Shown piece by piece: positions 22,718 through 39,080 of a stretch of 64,000 bases of DNA. The DNA lies in assembly GCF_009914755.1 (NCBI RefSeq), contig NC_060931.1; one strand, 5' to 3'. The position numbers and the translations under genes are program-made. The DNA comes from the human T2T-CHM13v2.0 reference genome, Homo sapiens. The stretch's first letter is position 1, and every line of letters starts with the position of its first letter. The notes under the pieces were generated by a model. It was given only the letters and a program-made list of their open reading frames with translations. It did no database searches and had not been told where the DNA came from.

Positions 22718-22955
22718 TCAAAAAAAAAAACAAAGAAAAAAATAAAAAGAAAAGAAAAGAAACAAAGAAACAGGGTCTTATGTTGTCTGGGATGGACTAG
22801 AACTCCTGGGCTCAAGTTATCCTCCTGCCTCAGTCTCCTAAGTAGCTGGGGCTACAGGCACATGACACCATGCCCAGCTTTGAGCCACTCCCAACCATCA
22901 GGTTACAAAATATTTAAATGTTACATACAGAGGTGCAGGGGAGATCTATATATAA

Positions 22956-23216
<261 letters not shown>

Positions 23217-23628
23217 TAGAGACAGGCTTTCACCATGTTGGCCAGGCTGGTCTTGAACTCCTGACCCAAGTGATCCACATGCCTCAGCCTCCCAAAGTGT
23301 TGGGATTACAGGCATGAGCCATCGCTCCTGGCACTTTTTTTACATTTTTAAATTACAGTTTTTATACCTATTCAAAAGTAGAGAAAATAGTACAGTGAAC
23401 ACTAAAATACCCATTCCTCAATTTCTGTGATCATTAAGATTGTCCTACGTTTTGTTCTTCTATTCCTTTACCTCCCTTTGCAGGAATATTGTAAAGCAAA
23501 TCAGTCATCACCATCATTTTATCTGTTCAGTGTGCATCCCCGAACAGCATTAACATTTTCTTACACAGCTACTATCTCATCACATCTGACAAAATTACAA
23601 TGATTTTTTGGTGTCAGCTCATCTGTAA

Positions 23629-23880
<252 letters not shown>

Positions 23881-24587
23881 TAATCTGCCCACCTCGTCCT
23901 CCCCAAGTGCTGCGATTACAGGTGTGAGCCACTGCGCCTGGCCAAGTTTCCTTACTCTTACCTGAACAGTATCTCATTTCCTCATTATCTGAAAAATTTT
24001 GCTTTAAATCTGGGTCCAAACAATCTTCATGTGCTAACTTTGGTTGTTATGCCTCTTTTAATCAAAACTGGCCTCTGCTTACTATTTTTATTTCCCATTT
24101 CATGAATTCTTTGTGGAAAGTTATTTCTTTTAAAACAGCATACTCATGAGGTTGAAGGGGTAAAGAACATTGATCTTGTGGTTGCAGTGTGGATGAAAAT
24201 TCAGCCTGAAATATGCCTGTTTGCAGCAGCCAGTGGAGGAGGGTTATTAATTTCACAAGCAGATAGTGGCAAAAGGCTGCTTCCAAATAGTATTTGCAGG
24301 CCAGCTGCAGTGGCTCACACTTGTAATCCCAGCACTTTGGGAGGTCAAGGTGAGCAGATCGCTTGAGGTCAGGAGTTTGAGACCAGCCTGGCCAACATGG
24401 TAAAACCCCATCTCTACTGAAAAGTACAAAAATTAGCCAGGCATGGTGGCGGGCACCTGTAATCTTAGCTACTCAGGAGGCTGAGGCAGGAGAATCACTT
24501 GAACCCAGGAGGCGGAGCTTGCAATGAACTGAGATCATGCCACTGAACTCCAGCCTGGGTGACAGAGCGAGACTCCGTCTCAGAAAC

Positions 24588-24619
<32 letters not shown>

Positions 24620-25302
24620 CAAATAGTATTCAGGTTGTGTTCTTTATTGTCTATAATTTTTTTCTCTTCTTCCTAAGAATATTGAAAAACAAAGTTTAAT
24701 CTTTTAAGATCTTAGAGTTATTAAGATTGTCTTAGGATCAGGACACTTAAATCTGCCAAAATCTGATTGGTAATGATGGGTCATTTATTTTTATTATTTT
24801 TTTTAATTTTTAAAATTTTTATTTCTCAGCCTTGGGATTCTGATATGTAAAAATGCAAGTATCTTCAAAGATAGAAAACATATACAGATATCATTAAGAT
24901 GGCAGAACTCAGTATATACAATCATGGAGCAGTGCCTTCTACCAGCCCTCCAGCTAACTGCAGCTGCAAGCATGATTCTCATGCTGTCTTGTACTTAGTG
25001 TTCAACTAGTGACCCAGCTTCCTCAATCATAGGGAAGGGCCATCAGCAAATGGCACTCAGACATGGGGGCTTGAGAAAAGATCCCACACACTCGAGGCCA
25101 TGTTAGACATTTCATGAAAGGATTAGGTGTGTTATCCCCGGCTTTCTCCCCCAGAGTTTATCGAGAGTGATAATAAAGTAAATGCATTATAAGCCACACA
25201 TACAAGTTGTGGAGTCAAGGAAACAGAGTGACTTTTCTGTGTGTCCTATTTTATAGGCTTTAATTAAATTATTTGTGGCCTTGGATTGGGGGCAGGATTT
25301 GG

Positions 25303-26585
25303 TTATTATTATTTTTTATTATACTTTAAGTTCTGGGGTACATGTGCAGAACGTGCAGGTTTGTTACACGTGCCATGGTGGTTTGCTGCACCCATCAGCC
25401 CATCATCTACATTAGGTATTTCTCCTAATGCTGTCCCTCCCCTAACCCCGCACTCCCCGACAGGCCCTGGTGTGTGATGTTCCCCTCCGTGTCCATGTGT
25501 TCTCATTGTTCAACTCCCACTTATGAGTGAGAACATGCAGTTGTTGGTTTTCTGTTCTTGTGTTAGTTTGCTGAGAATGATGGTTTCCAGCTTCATCCAT
25601 GTTCCTGCAAAGGACATGAACTTATCCTTTTTTATGTCTGCATAGTATTTCATAGTGTATATGTGCCACATTTTCTTTATCCAGTCTATCATTGATGGGC
25701 ATTTAGGTTGGTTCCAAGTTTTTGCTATTGTGAATAGTGCCGCAATAAACATACATGTGCATGTGTCTTTATGGTAGAATGATTTATAATCCTTTGGGTA
25801 TATACCCAGTAATGGGATTGCTGGGTCAAATGTTATTTCTGGTTCTAGATCCTTGAGGGATCATTACACTGTCTTCCACAATGATTGAACTAATTTACAC
25901 TCCCACCAAAAGTATAAAAGCATTCCTATTTCTCCACATCCTCTCCAGCATCTGTTGTTTCCTGACTTTTTATTGTTTCCCATTTTAACTGACATGAGAT
26001 GGTATCTCATTGTTTTTGATTTGCATTTCTCTAATGACCAGTGATGAGCATTTTTTCATGTTTGTTAGCTGCATAAATATTATATTTTAGATTATTCCTG
26101 CTTTCTCTTGTGGGCATTTAGTGCATTAGTCACTTAGTGCTATAAATTTCCCTCTAAACACTGCTTTAAATGTGTCCCAGAGATTCTGATATGTTGTGTC
26201 TTTGTTCTTACTGGTTTCAAATGACATCTTTATTTCTGCCTTAATTTCGTTATTTACCCAGTTCTCATTCAGCAGCAGGTTGTTCAGTTTCCATGTAGTT
26301 GTGCGGTTTTGAGTGAGTTTCTTAATTTTGAGTTCTAATTTAATTGCACTATGCAGCGAGAGCCTGTTTGTTATTATTTCCATTCTTTTGCATTTGCTGA
26401 GGAGTGTTTTACTTCTAATTATGTGGTCAGTTTTAGAATAAATGTGATGTGGTACTGAGAAGAACATATATTCTGTGGATTTGGGGGTGGAGAATTCTGT
26501 AGATGTCTATTAAGTCCGCTTGGTCCAGAACTGACTTCAAGTCCTTAATATCCTTGTTAATTTTCTGTCTCATTGATCTGTCTAA
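25303..26585 (-). mobile_element. L1PA element, 5' truncated with internal ORF2 deletion
   Basis: L1 3' UTR and ORF2 C-terminus (MFIAALFTIAKTWNQPKCPSM, 25510..25752) joined at ~26075 to the endonuclease-region fragment (YSKTDHII...HSAIKLEL, 26126..26467) on the same strand. Confidence 0.93.
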
Positions 26586-26726
26586 TAATGGGTCATTTAT
26601 ACTTGCCTTTGCTTTAAGCCTGCTTCAATAGTTAGTAAATATGTTTCTAGACTTTTTCCAATTTAAAAAAATTGACCTGCACCTTGCTTTGGATTGTACT
26701 AAAATCTGATTTCAACACAAGCATAG

Positions 26727-26957
<231 letters not shown>

Positions 26958-27854
26958 TAAGATGATAATCTGCAGAAACAAATTCAGTGTCTTCCCTAAG
27001 GAGAGATTAATTCGATGAGGAAGGGCCTTTTGTTCCCCTCTCATTATGACTTCCTTATATTTACAATTAACATTTAGATTCACTTATTGAACAAACATGT
27101 ATTTAGTATAAGTATCAGATGTGCAAAATTGGGTCTAGCAAGAACCCTGTCCTTGGGAGGCTTAATATTATGAAAAATGCAATGAAGAGTTATTGAGCAT
27201 TTTTAGGGGAGAAGGCAAGGATGGCATACCCAGATCAGTCATTTGTGCATCCAGAAGGGAGGGAACGTGTTCCAAATATGAGTAAAGGCAGGGAGATGTC
27301 AAATATGCCCACATATTCACATACCTCACCCATTCTGTGTGGAGTGAGGAGTGCCATGTGGGCATGGTGGGATTGCATAGACTTGGGTGGCCAAATGGAG
27401 GAAGGCCTTAGATCCTACAAAAGCAGTGGCAGTCATTAAATGGTCTCATAGCAGTTCCCTCTTAAAATAATTTGGATCTGCCCTTTAGAAAGGTTATTCT
27501 GGCTTAATTTTGAAGGGTAATACATGGGTAGTTTGAGTGTTGGGGATAGGAACAGAAGGCCTCTCTCTACTCATGAAAGGAATGTTGAAGTGGGTTGAGT
27601 CTTGCTTACTGATTGAGGTTGTGCATCTGTGTATATTCATTGGGAATGAGTTGTATATGGAGAGGAAAGGTTTAAGATGATACAGCAAGCTGCTTCTGGC
27701 TCTGCTGTGACACAGTTCATCTAAGATTCAGAAACAGAATTGAGCTGGTTTGGGGGAAAAGTGACTCTTGCATATTTATCTTTAAAAAAGATGACTTTGG
27801 AGACATCCAGCTGGTCTCACCTGAATATCTGAAAATTGCTATTTTCAAAATTCA

Positions 27855-28277
<423 letters not shown>

Positions 28278-28301
28278 TTAATATCAACTATGTATTTATG
28301 G

Positions 28302-28360
28302 TCCAGAACTTCTTACTCACAATACAACTGTAGTTACTCAGCCAAGAACAAATACAACAG
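28302..28360 (+). pseudogene. GTF2I-like 59 nt exon, acceptor lost
   Basis: PELLTHNTTVVTQPRTNTT versus PELLTHSTTEVTQPRTNTP; donor gtaaaa present; upstream reads ttatgg instead of AG. Confidence 0.88.
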
Positions 28361-28857
28361 GTAAAATAGTTGTGAAATCCTTTTTAAAAGTACAGATTAA
28401 TCTTGAAGCTTTTAAAAATTAATCTTTTAAAATGATGGAACTGCTCCTTCCTTCACCTCCCCAAAAAATCTTTTGCAGAAGCTCAATACAGGCACTTCTT
28501 GATTTATCAATATGCACATATGCAGTGTAGGGATAACTGAAGCTTTTTTTCTTTCTTCCTTTTTTTGATACAGAGTCTCACTCTGTCACCCAGGCTGGAG
28601 TGCAGTGGTGTGATCTCGGCTCACTGCAACCAGGCTCAAGCAATTCTTCTTCCTCAGCCTCCTGAGTAGCTGGGATTACAGGCGTGCGCCACCATGCCTG
28701 GCTAAGTTTTGTATTTTGTGTAGAGACAAGGTTTCACCATTTTGGCCAGGCTGGTCTCAAACTCCTAGGCTCAGGTGATCCTTCTGCCTGAGCCTCCCAA
28801 GGTGCTGGGATTATAGATGTGAGTCACCACACCCGGCATTAAGCTTTGAACTTTGGC

Positions 28858-29085
28858 CAGTGGTATCCAAGAGAAATACAATGTGTGCTGCAAATGCAAG
28901 CCACATACATAATTTTACATTTTCGAATTCAACCTGAAATCATTATAAATAAATACACAATGAAGTATTTCACATTCTTCACTTCATTTGCATATGTTCT
29001 TTTTGTTGAGAATTGATGTGTCTTTCATACTCACAGCATATTTCAGTTTCAAGTAGCCACACAACTGTTCAGGGATAGCAGTTAC
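28858..29085. mobile_element. hAT-Charlie (MER33/MER3-like) DNA transposon fragment
   Basis: Degenerate motifs tccaagagaaatacaatgtg..agccacata and tttcaagtagccaca. Confidence 0.5.
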
Positions 29086-29209
29086 TGTCCGCATTTGAAC
29101 CTTAATGTTTATTCATATGAGCCCTGTTCCTAAAATGGCAAATACTGTAACTCTGGCCTGCACACGAATATCACAGCCTAATAGGAAAGATCTAAGAAGT
29201 CCCCATTGA

Positions 29210-29389
<180 letters not shown>

Positions 29390-31234
29390 TAATTTTTGTA
29401 TTTTTGGTAGAGGCAGGGTTTCGCCATGTTGGACAGGCTGGTCTCGGACCCCTGACCTCAGGTGATCTGCCCACCTTGGCCTCCCAAAGTGTAAGATTAC
29501 AGGTGTGAACCACCGTGCCCAGCCTATTTTCTTTGTTAGAGCTCTTTATTAGAGCTTTCTTTCTTTCCCATCTTTTTGTTTGCCATTGTGCACTGTCAGA
29601 GTAAGTGATCACAATTTGTAGATTATCTACCACCTTAGGAACTTAAGTTGCCAAGAACCAATAACTAGCCATTTAGTATGAAGTTTTGTATTGTCAGGAA
29701 ATAAGTGTTGGGAATCAAGTATGAATTATGTGTGCATATTAGGTGTTTACAAATTTGTGCAGTTAATCATTCTCATTAATACTACAGTGAATAAATGTTC
29801 TCAAGTTGGGTTAATGGGTGTGTCCTGAAATATTGCTCCTTCAGCTCTCACAGTACCTTGGGGCAATTAGTGAAGGTCAGTCAGTGTGCCCAATAGATTT
29901 TGTGTGGATTATGGCATGGAAAGTGGTTGAGAAATTCTGTAGTAGGGTAAGAAAATAATCCTTGTCCAGGAGTCCTGCAGTGGAGAAGACAAAACTCAGT
30001 GCTTAACTCATAGGTTAAGCATGTTTTTTCTTTCTTTTTTTTTGTTTGAGACAGAGTCTTGCTTTGTTGCCCAGGCTGGAGTGCAGTGGCATGATTTTGG
30101 CTCACTGTAACCTTCACTTCCTGGGTTCAAGCAGTTCTCTTGCCTCAGCCTCCCACTACCTGGGATTACAGGTGCACACCACCATGCTGGCTAATTTTTG
30201 TATTTTTAGAAGAGATGGGGTTTCACCATGTTGGCCTGGCTGGTCTTGAGCTCCTGACCTTGTGATCAGCCTGCCTTAGTCTCCCGAAGTGCTGAGATTA
30301 CAGGTGTGAACCACTGTGCCTGGCCCTCAGCATGCGTTTGATTTAGCCAAAGAATCAAAGCATTGGTGAAGAATTGAAGATTGGAAGTTACACATTTTTT
30401 GCTAAGGGAAGTAATAGAGAAAGAAAAATATTCCTGGAGGTAAATCTTCAGTTTGGATTAATGTGAACATGAAGAAACCTGTAGAAACCTTCATTTCTCA
30501 AGACAAAGCTCAAATTCAAGGTTGTGAGGAATGCAGTCACTGCTTTTGTTAGGGGCAGTTGTGACAGTGATTGCAGAAACTGAGATTGCAAAGCCCGTAT
30601 TATATAAAGAATGTGCAAGTGCCATAGAAGACACTGCAAGGATTGGGTGCTGGAGCACTGCTGGACCTGCCGTCATCACCAGAGTGCAGCAGAGAGAATC
30701 TCCTCCTTTGCCATCACTAACCCAGCACTTGACTTTGTCCCACTCCTAAAAGATCTTGGAAGGAATTAAAGGTGCTTGGTGGTTTCTCATTCCAGCATAA
30801 CCTTACTTGGCCTGACCATGAACCATGCATTAGTCTTTGGACAGGGCAATTCAAATCACAGACCACATAACAAAAGAATTTTGTGGCCATCAGAACTGTC
30901 TCCTTAAACACACCATGGGTGCACTGTGTCCTCAGCTTGGTGAAAGGTAGATGTCACACGCGAGAAGGTGGTGGAGCCAGGCACGTGATGGAGCCTCGAA
31001 GAGTGGGAGGTGGCAGCTGGCTCTGTGAGGAGGGTGTGAAGTCCTCCCTGGGAGGAGCAGATGCCAGAAAAGGAGGTGAGGGTGGGCAGAAGAGGAGGCT
31101 GAGCAGCAAGTGAATAGACGTGCTCGACCTCAGAGGAGGAGAGTCCCGTGTCTTTATTGGTAATATTTAAATGTGGTTGATACCAGAGTTATTTTCTGTG
31201 GCTGAATGGTTCAACTACTCTGAAATCCATGGGG

Positions 31235-31265
<31 letters not shown>

Positions 31266-32385
31266 CTCATACTAAAAACCCTTGAGATGCTAAGTTTTAA
31301 AGTAAAGGAAATGTTACAAGATTTTCTGAAACCACCAACCTTTAGCAGTATTTTCAGACCTTCTCCAACATTTTCCACTGCCTTTGTCAGCAATCAGAGA
31401 TGACCTTCACACTGAGGCAATCTTCCACTTCCCTTACCCTTTTCCTTTTCTCTCTCTTTCTCTCCTTTCCTCATCCAGTAACTCCAGTCAAACTCCATTG
31501 TCTCCAAGTCGACTTTCATCCTCACCCACAACTCCTCCACACAAGCCCTGAACATGTGTCCATGTAAGTGACATCCTTTATGTCTTTATTTTTGTATTTG
31601 ATTTGATTTGATTTGATTTTGAGTGCAGTGGCACAATCTTGGCTTACTGCAACCCCCAACTCCCGGGTTCCAGCATTTCTCTGCCTCAGCCTCCTGAGTA
31701 GCTGGGATTACAGGCACCCACCACCACACCTGGCTAATTTTTGTATTTTTAGTAGAGACGGGGGTTTCACCATGTTGGCCAGGCTGGTCTTGAACTCTTG
31801 ACCTCGTGATCCACCCGCCTCAGCCTCCCAAAGTGCTGGGATTACAGGCGTGAGCCACCGTGCCCGGCCCATGATTTACTATTTATAAGAACGTGGGCTT
31901 ACTACTTGTGTAATACTTATCCCTGTATTTTAGGTGGGAGTTGCTGAGGTTTGGTGACTACATCTGGCCTCTCAGGGAAATGGCCAAGTTGTTCACATCT
32001 CACCTGTATAATGTGAAGTTGTTTGTCAGCTTCATTGGTTACTACTGTGAAATGAGTTATAAAGGGAAATTTTTATTTTTATTTTTTTATTTTTAGTAGA
32101 GACGGGGTTTCACCGTGTTAGCCAGGATGGTCTCAATCTCCTGACCTCATGATATGCCCGCTTCGGCCTCCCAAAGTGCTAGGATTACAGGCGTGAGCTA
32201 CCGTGTCCGGCCATAGTAAGGGAAATTTTTTATAAAAAGAAATAGATTTAGGCTGAGCGCTGTGGCTCACACCTGTAATCCTAGCACTTTGGGAGGCCAA
32301 GGTGGGTGGATTGCCTGAGCTCAGGAGTTTGAGACCACCCTCGGCAACATGGTGAAACCCCATCTCTACTAAAATACAAAAATCA

Positions 32386-32556
<171 letters not shown>

Positions 32557-32829
32557 CTAGTACCAGATGCTTTTTGGTCTCCTAATGACCTATCAAACTG
32601 CAGGTTTTTTGGCTTTGTAATATATTCAGTTCCACATTTATTCAAGAATTGAGGACTTTTTATATCTTCATTATGTGCCAAGTACTGGGTGGGACACTAG
32701 GTGACAGAGATGAACAAATCCCTGATCCCAGGATTTCACAGTGGATGTTGGAATTTAGTGCCATTTAGCTTCATTCAATTCTGCAGAAGTCCCAAGATTT
32801 TCCAAGATCATCCTGTCCTCCAGTGTCCT

Positions 32830-33790
<961 letters not shown>

Positions 33791-34557
33791 CAGCCTATTA
33801 TTGAATCAGTCAATGTCCTCTGTAGGAGGGACTTCTCATACCAGTGGTGCATATCTGTATATTAGCTGGTGTAGGGAGGGACATGGTCAGAATGGCTCTG
33901 TCTGTGTGGAATAGTTTTGTGTAGCATAATCCCAGCAGGCTCCTATTGGGGTTAAGCCACAGTTTTAGCCTTATTAGTATCACTCTTTAATCATAAAGTC
34001 AGAGGATGTTAAAATTGAAAGGGATTTGGGAGACTATTCAGTTTGCTTTCTCATTATTGATGTGAGAATAACAGAGCCTAGCAAAAGTAAGTTAATTACT
34101 CACAATCATAAAGCTGTACAGGTCAATCTGAAATTAGGCTTCTGACATCACTCTGTAGTCTTTCCTACGTGTGTTCTCCCCTGGCTGAGACAGTTCATGG
34201 GCTTTCAGGTTTGACAATTTTCTCTCCAGTCACTAAACAGGAGCTTTTATCTGGACATTCTAGGTTAGCCTAGATGGATGATGACCCTGTGAGGTGTGGA
34301 AAATCCCAAAGGTTGACCACTGTGAATAGGAACTACCCTAGATGTGTCAGGAGCACCGCAGGCACACTCACTCCTCCATTTGCTGGAGCCGTGTAGGGTG
34401 GAAGGAAACCCACATCAAGACCATTTGCTGTTTCAGTTCTTTTATTGCATGTGACAGTCCAATGTGTCTCCATTTAAATTCAGATTTTTTGATGAATGGT
34501 CAGACCAGCTGCAGGCCCTTTGGGCCAGAAGTCTTGATCTCGCCAACTGTTCATATT

Positions 34558-34660
34558 CTTTTCTTTTTTCTTTTCTTTTCTTTTTCCTTTCCTTTTCCTT
34601 TTTCCTTTTTCTTTTCCTTTCCTTTCCTTTCCTTTCTTTTCCTTTCCTTTCTTCTTTCCT
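34558..34660 (+). repeat. (TTTTC/TTTCC)n pyrimidine simple repeat
   Basis: Directly visible; followed by a short Alu fragment. Confidence 0.9.
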
Positions 34661-36856
34661 TGGTCTTGAACTCCTGATATCAGGTGACCCACCAAGCCTC
34701 GGCTCAAGTGAATTGACACACAGGCTCAAGAAATTGGCAAAAAAACCCACAAATATCCACCTTGGGGATGAAAGTGTGATTCTAAATTTGGTAATCCAAT
34801 AATATTAATAATCGTATTGCTTAGCCCAAATAAAAAATAAATAGGGTATTCTCAGTACATGCAAAAATATATTTGTCAAAAGGTAATATTCATGTCTTTA
34901 AAGATTTTAAATGCTATAAAGAGTCTGATATTCTATATGCAAACATGTGTATGTCCATTAGAAGAAGAGAGGCCTGATTTTCATATGTTACTACATAGAG
35001 ATAGAGAAGTGGATAGATTAATTTGCATATGCATAGAGAAAGCATAAAATAGAAATTTACTATCATACTTAAAGGAATTTAAATTCAACAATAAAATAAT
35101 TCAAAGGTACAATTTTAAACATTTTTAACAGTTCCGTTATTAATATTAGATAATATTTATAATAATTGTGAAAATATTCAATGCTAAAATAAGATAGAAT
35201 GTCTAAATCTCAGTATTAAAACTAGTATAAATATTTGTTTGTTTATACAAGGAAAATTCAAGCTCAACCTAAAATTATATAGGAAATAAAAGAAAAATTT
35301 TAAGGGAGCTCTTTAATAACACAAACAAATATATATACACACACATATAACATGTATACATGTTATATGGGATAGATATAGATTTAACATGTTATATCTA
35401 TATTTGTATCTATCTATAACTACAGCTGTATGTATCTACATTTCTATATATTTACTTAGTGATATAAATATAGACTGGAATAAATATAAAGGCACATATG
35501 ATTCTTGGATAAAAAGGATTTAGTATCATAAAGACAAATTCTTTCCAAATTCACCTATGAATTCACAACAATATACAGTTCCATTAGTATAATTTAAAAT
35601 TTTTAAATAAATTCCAAGATTCATTTAAAGGAATATACATGTATACCAGCAGTAAAGAAAGAAGCAAGAGTGCACTAAACTAACTTGCTATTAAAATACA
35701 TTTTTAAACTTAGTAACTAAAACTGAGCAGTACTGATTTGGAGTACTGGAATTTAGGTATATGGGATCTCAAAAGCACAGAGCTCAAAGGAGACCCCTGT
35801 ATGCACCAGAGCTTAGGATGTGCTTTAGAAGGCATTACCAAACCACGGGCAAAGTTACTTTAGTGTCTTAGTCTTACTAGGTTTGAAAAGCCAGAGAAAA
35901 GACTCAAGGCCACCATATAAGAGCAAAACAAAAGGACAGGGAGAGAATGTGAAGATACTGAAACATTTTACATAAAGTTGTATAAAACATACTTTAAAGA
36001 AAATGTAAAGTTTAGGATATACATCAAAATCAGCAGAACCACTAAATAAATAGGCACTGTAAAATAGCAAGAGAAAATTTAAATGGATTTCTAAAAAATA
36101 TTGACACCTATGATTTTTAAAATATGTTTAAGAAATCCTGTATTTCACAGGGCAGCCTTTCACAACATAGAAATATTAGGACATAAATTTTTAATTTACT
36201 AGCGTTTATAGGGTTAAAAATGTCTTCTACCCTTGTCGTTTGTCTGATGGTGCAAAAAATTTTCATAAGCATGTAATTCTGAATGCCTGATGGATTGACA
36301 TATATAATATGCTGCCAGTATTAAAATATGTGACAGAAAACGCATCTAATCTTCTCACTGTTTACATAAATTCTAGGTTTCTCCTATTTACCTCAAGCAC
36401 GTATGGAGTGAATTCTTACCTTTTAATATTGCCATGGCATTCACATTGAATGTAAGTTGAACTCTCTCATATGGTAGCTGGGTTCAGATTCCCTTGACAA
36501 TTTCCAGTTCTAACCCTCACAGTTCCTCAGTGTGGCTGGCCCAGATACTGACCCTACACAGTTGCCTCCCCCTGGTGACTACCCGCCATGGAACCGTTGG
36601 ATACAATCTGCATGACTCACCCCACAGACCTCACAGCCCACTTGGACAGCCCCCACACGCCAGAGTGACCTGCTCAGTTGCAGTGGAAGCCAAGAAATGT
36701 GCCTGCTGGCACTCACCCCACCGACTAGAGCCCCGTGGAAAACTTATTTGGGTACTGTTCTGGGCCCAATAAAGGCTGGAGTCCCACAGACCCCTTTTCT
36801 CTCTCTTGCTCCCCACTCATCTTCTCCGTTTTGTTCAGCCCTATGAGGTGTGCTAC

Positions 36857-37192
36857 TGTATTTGTCCATTTTCACACCGCTGGTAAAGACATGCCCGACT
36901 GGGTAATTTCTAGAAGAAAGAGGTTTAATAGATGCACAGTTCCACATGGCTGGGTAGGCCTCACAATCATGGTGGAAGGTGAAAGGCAGTCTCACATGGC
37001 AGCAGACAAGATGAGAGAGCTTGTGCAGGGAAACTCCCCTTTGTAAAACCATCAGATCTTGTGAGACTTATTCACTATCAGAAGAACAGCATGGGAAAGA
37101 CCTGCCCCCATGATTCAATTACCTCCCACCTGTTCCCTCCCACAACATGTGGGAATTCAAGATGAGATTTGGCTGGGGACACAGCTAAACCC
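36857..37192 (-). mobile_element. THE1 (ERVL-MaLR) LTR, inside an older LTR-like sequence (~36430-37380)
   Basis: cacagttccacatggctggg, ccatcagatcttgtgagacttattcactatc, gatgagatttggctggggacacagc are THE1 hallmarks. Confidence 0.88.
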
Positions 37193-38771
37193 TCTTCTCA
37201 GCTACCCTCTTCTCTCTGGATCTGTGAGTAATTAAACTACTTCTGTGATTTCCCATGTTTGGTCCTGTGGCCTCCATGTGTCTGATCTGACCTATACTGG
37301 AACCTAACTCTCCTCCTGGCCAGGGTCTCTGAGAGTGGCTCTTGTCAGAAATACACAGGACACAGGTCAGGCAACAGTCACCAGGCATCTCCTAGTCTCA
37401 ACAGATGTTCTGTGAGAGGGAGGCCTGGTTGTGGGATGGACACCTGGCCATTGCTGGGGTAAGGAAGTGTCCTGTGAAAGGCACATGTTAAGCATCCACA
37501 ACCCCCTGCCCAGAACCCCAGAAAGGCAGGGCTCCAATTGACAGTCACTCTCCAGAGACAAACCTCAAGCCCTAACTGGAGGAAAATAAAACAATGTAAA
37601 AATTTGAATTTATCTTACTATTTCAATGATCCAGTAAAGACATTCTATGCCTGTACACCACATATTTTCGTCGATTGTGGATATATTTTAGATAGAATTT
37701 TATGTCTGGCTTTCACTTAAGCCTGGTCCCTATCTCAAGCATAAGGTAAAGATTTTCCATGGGTTCTTTTCTGGTACTACTACCTGCCAGTGTGGGGTCA
37801 TGTCCTAGTCTATCTTCAGGGAACCCCCCTATTCATTATTGTCAGAGTGAGACTGTTAAGTCTTGATTTCCCTGGACAACTTCATTGCATGACTTTTAAT
37901 ATGATTTTTAAATATAACCTTTACTGGACAATAAATTATATAGTTATCTGAGTAAGAGATATGGTCAGGAAGAGGCATTGCCTCATTCAGCTTTTCTGTT
38001 TGGTGAACTCGCATATGTTCTCCTCACCCACCAGTCACCTCTAAACCGAATTGTTCCAAGACAACAAACAGAACTCGAGTGTGTATCTTTCACCACTGGA
38101 TTTGTCTTTGCTCCATAAAGCTTAATGCTTAATAGGGTTTCTGTTAGCATTTTCTCTATTTATTTTCCCATAAAATATCACAGGCCTTCTTAATGTGGAA
38201 TTATGGGTGATTTCCTTCAATCTGCATCATATCAAGTTGAGGTTCATGTTGATGGAAAGTAAAACATCCGTTTAAAATATCAGTAATGATGTTTTCCCCT
38301 CCTTTTTAGCACATGTGCTTGTGATACAAGCACATTGTAATACAATTCTAGTCTCATGCTTTGATCATTCCTAAGATGAAAATAACATTTTTAGATAAAA
38401 TATCTGAGTTTTATGAGGCCTTTAGTATATGATGTGATAGAATATCAGAAGACCATACTTTTTTCTAGTTTTCCATGCAATTCTATCATTGTTTCATCTT
38501 TTCTCCTACCAGAGTAATTTTCCAAAATAGATATCTTGTCATTCTTCATGTTGTTATCAGTAAATAAGTGAAACGAAAAGCTAGATTATATAATTTATGT
38601 AGAACAAGAAAGTAGAATTGAATCTATATTCATTAATGAGACTAACCAGTCAATTACACAGATAGGCATTTTACATTTTAAGATCATATGGGCCCGTTGT
38701 CAGATATATTATTATTTATGTCTATATGGACATCACCTGTGCATATTTATGCAGAAATCAATGAGAGCTGA

Positions 38772-39080
<309 letters not shown>

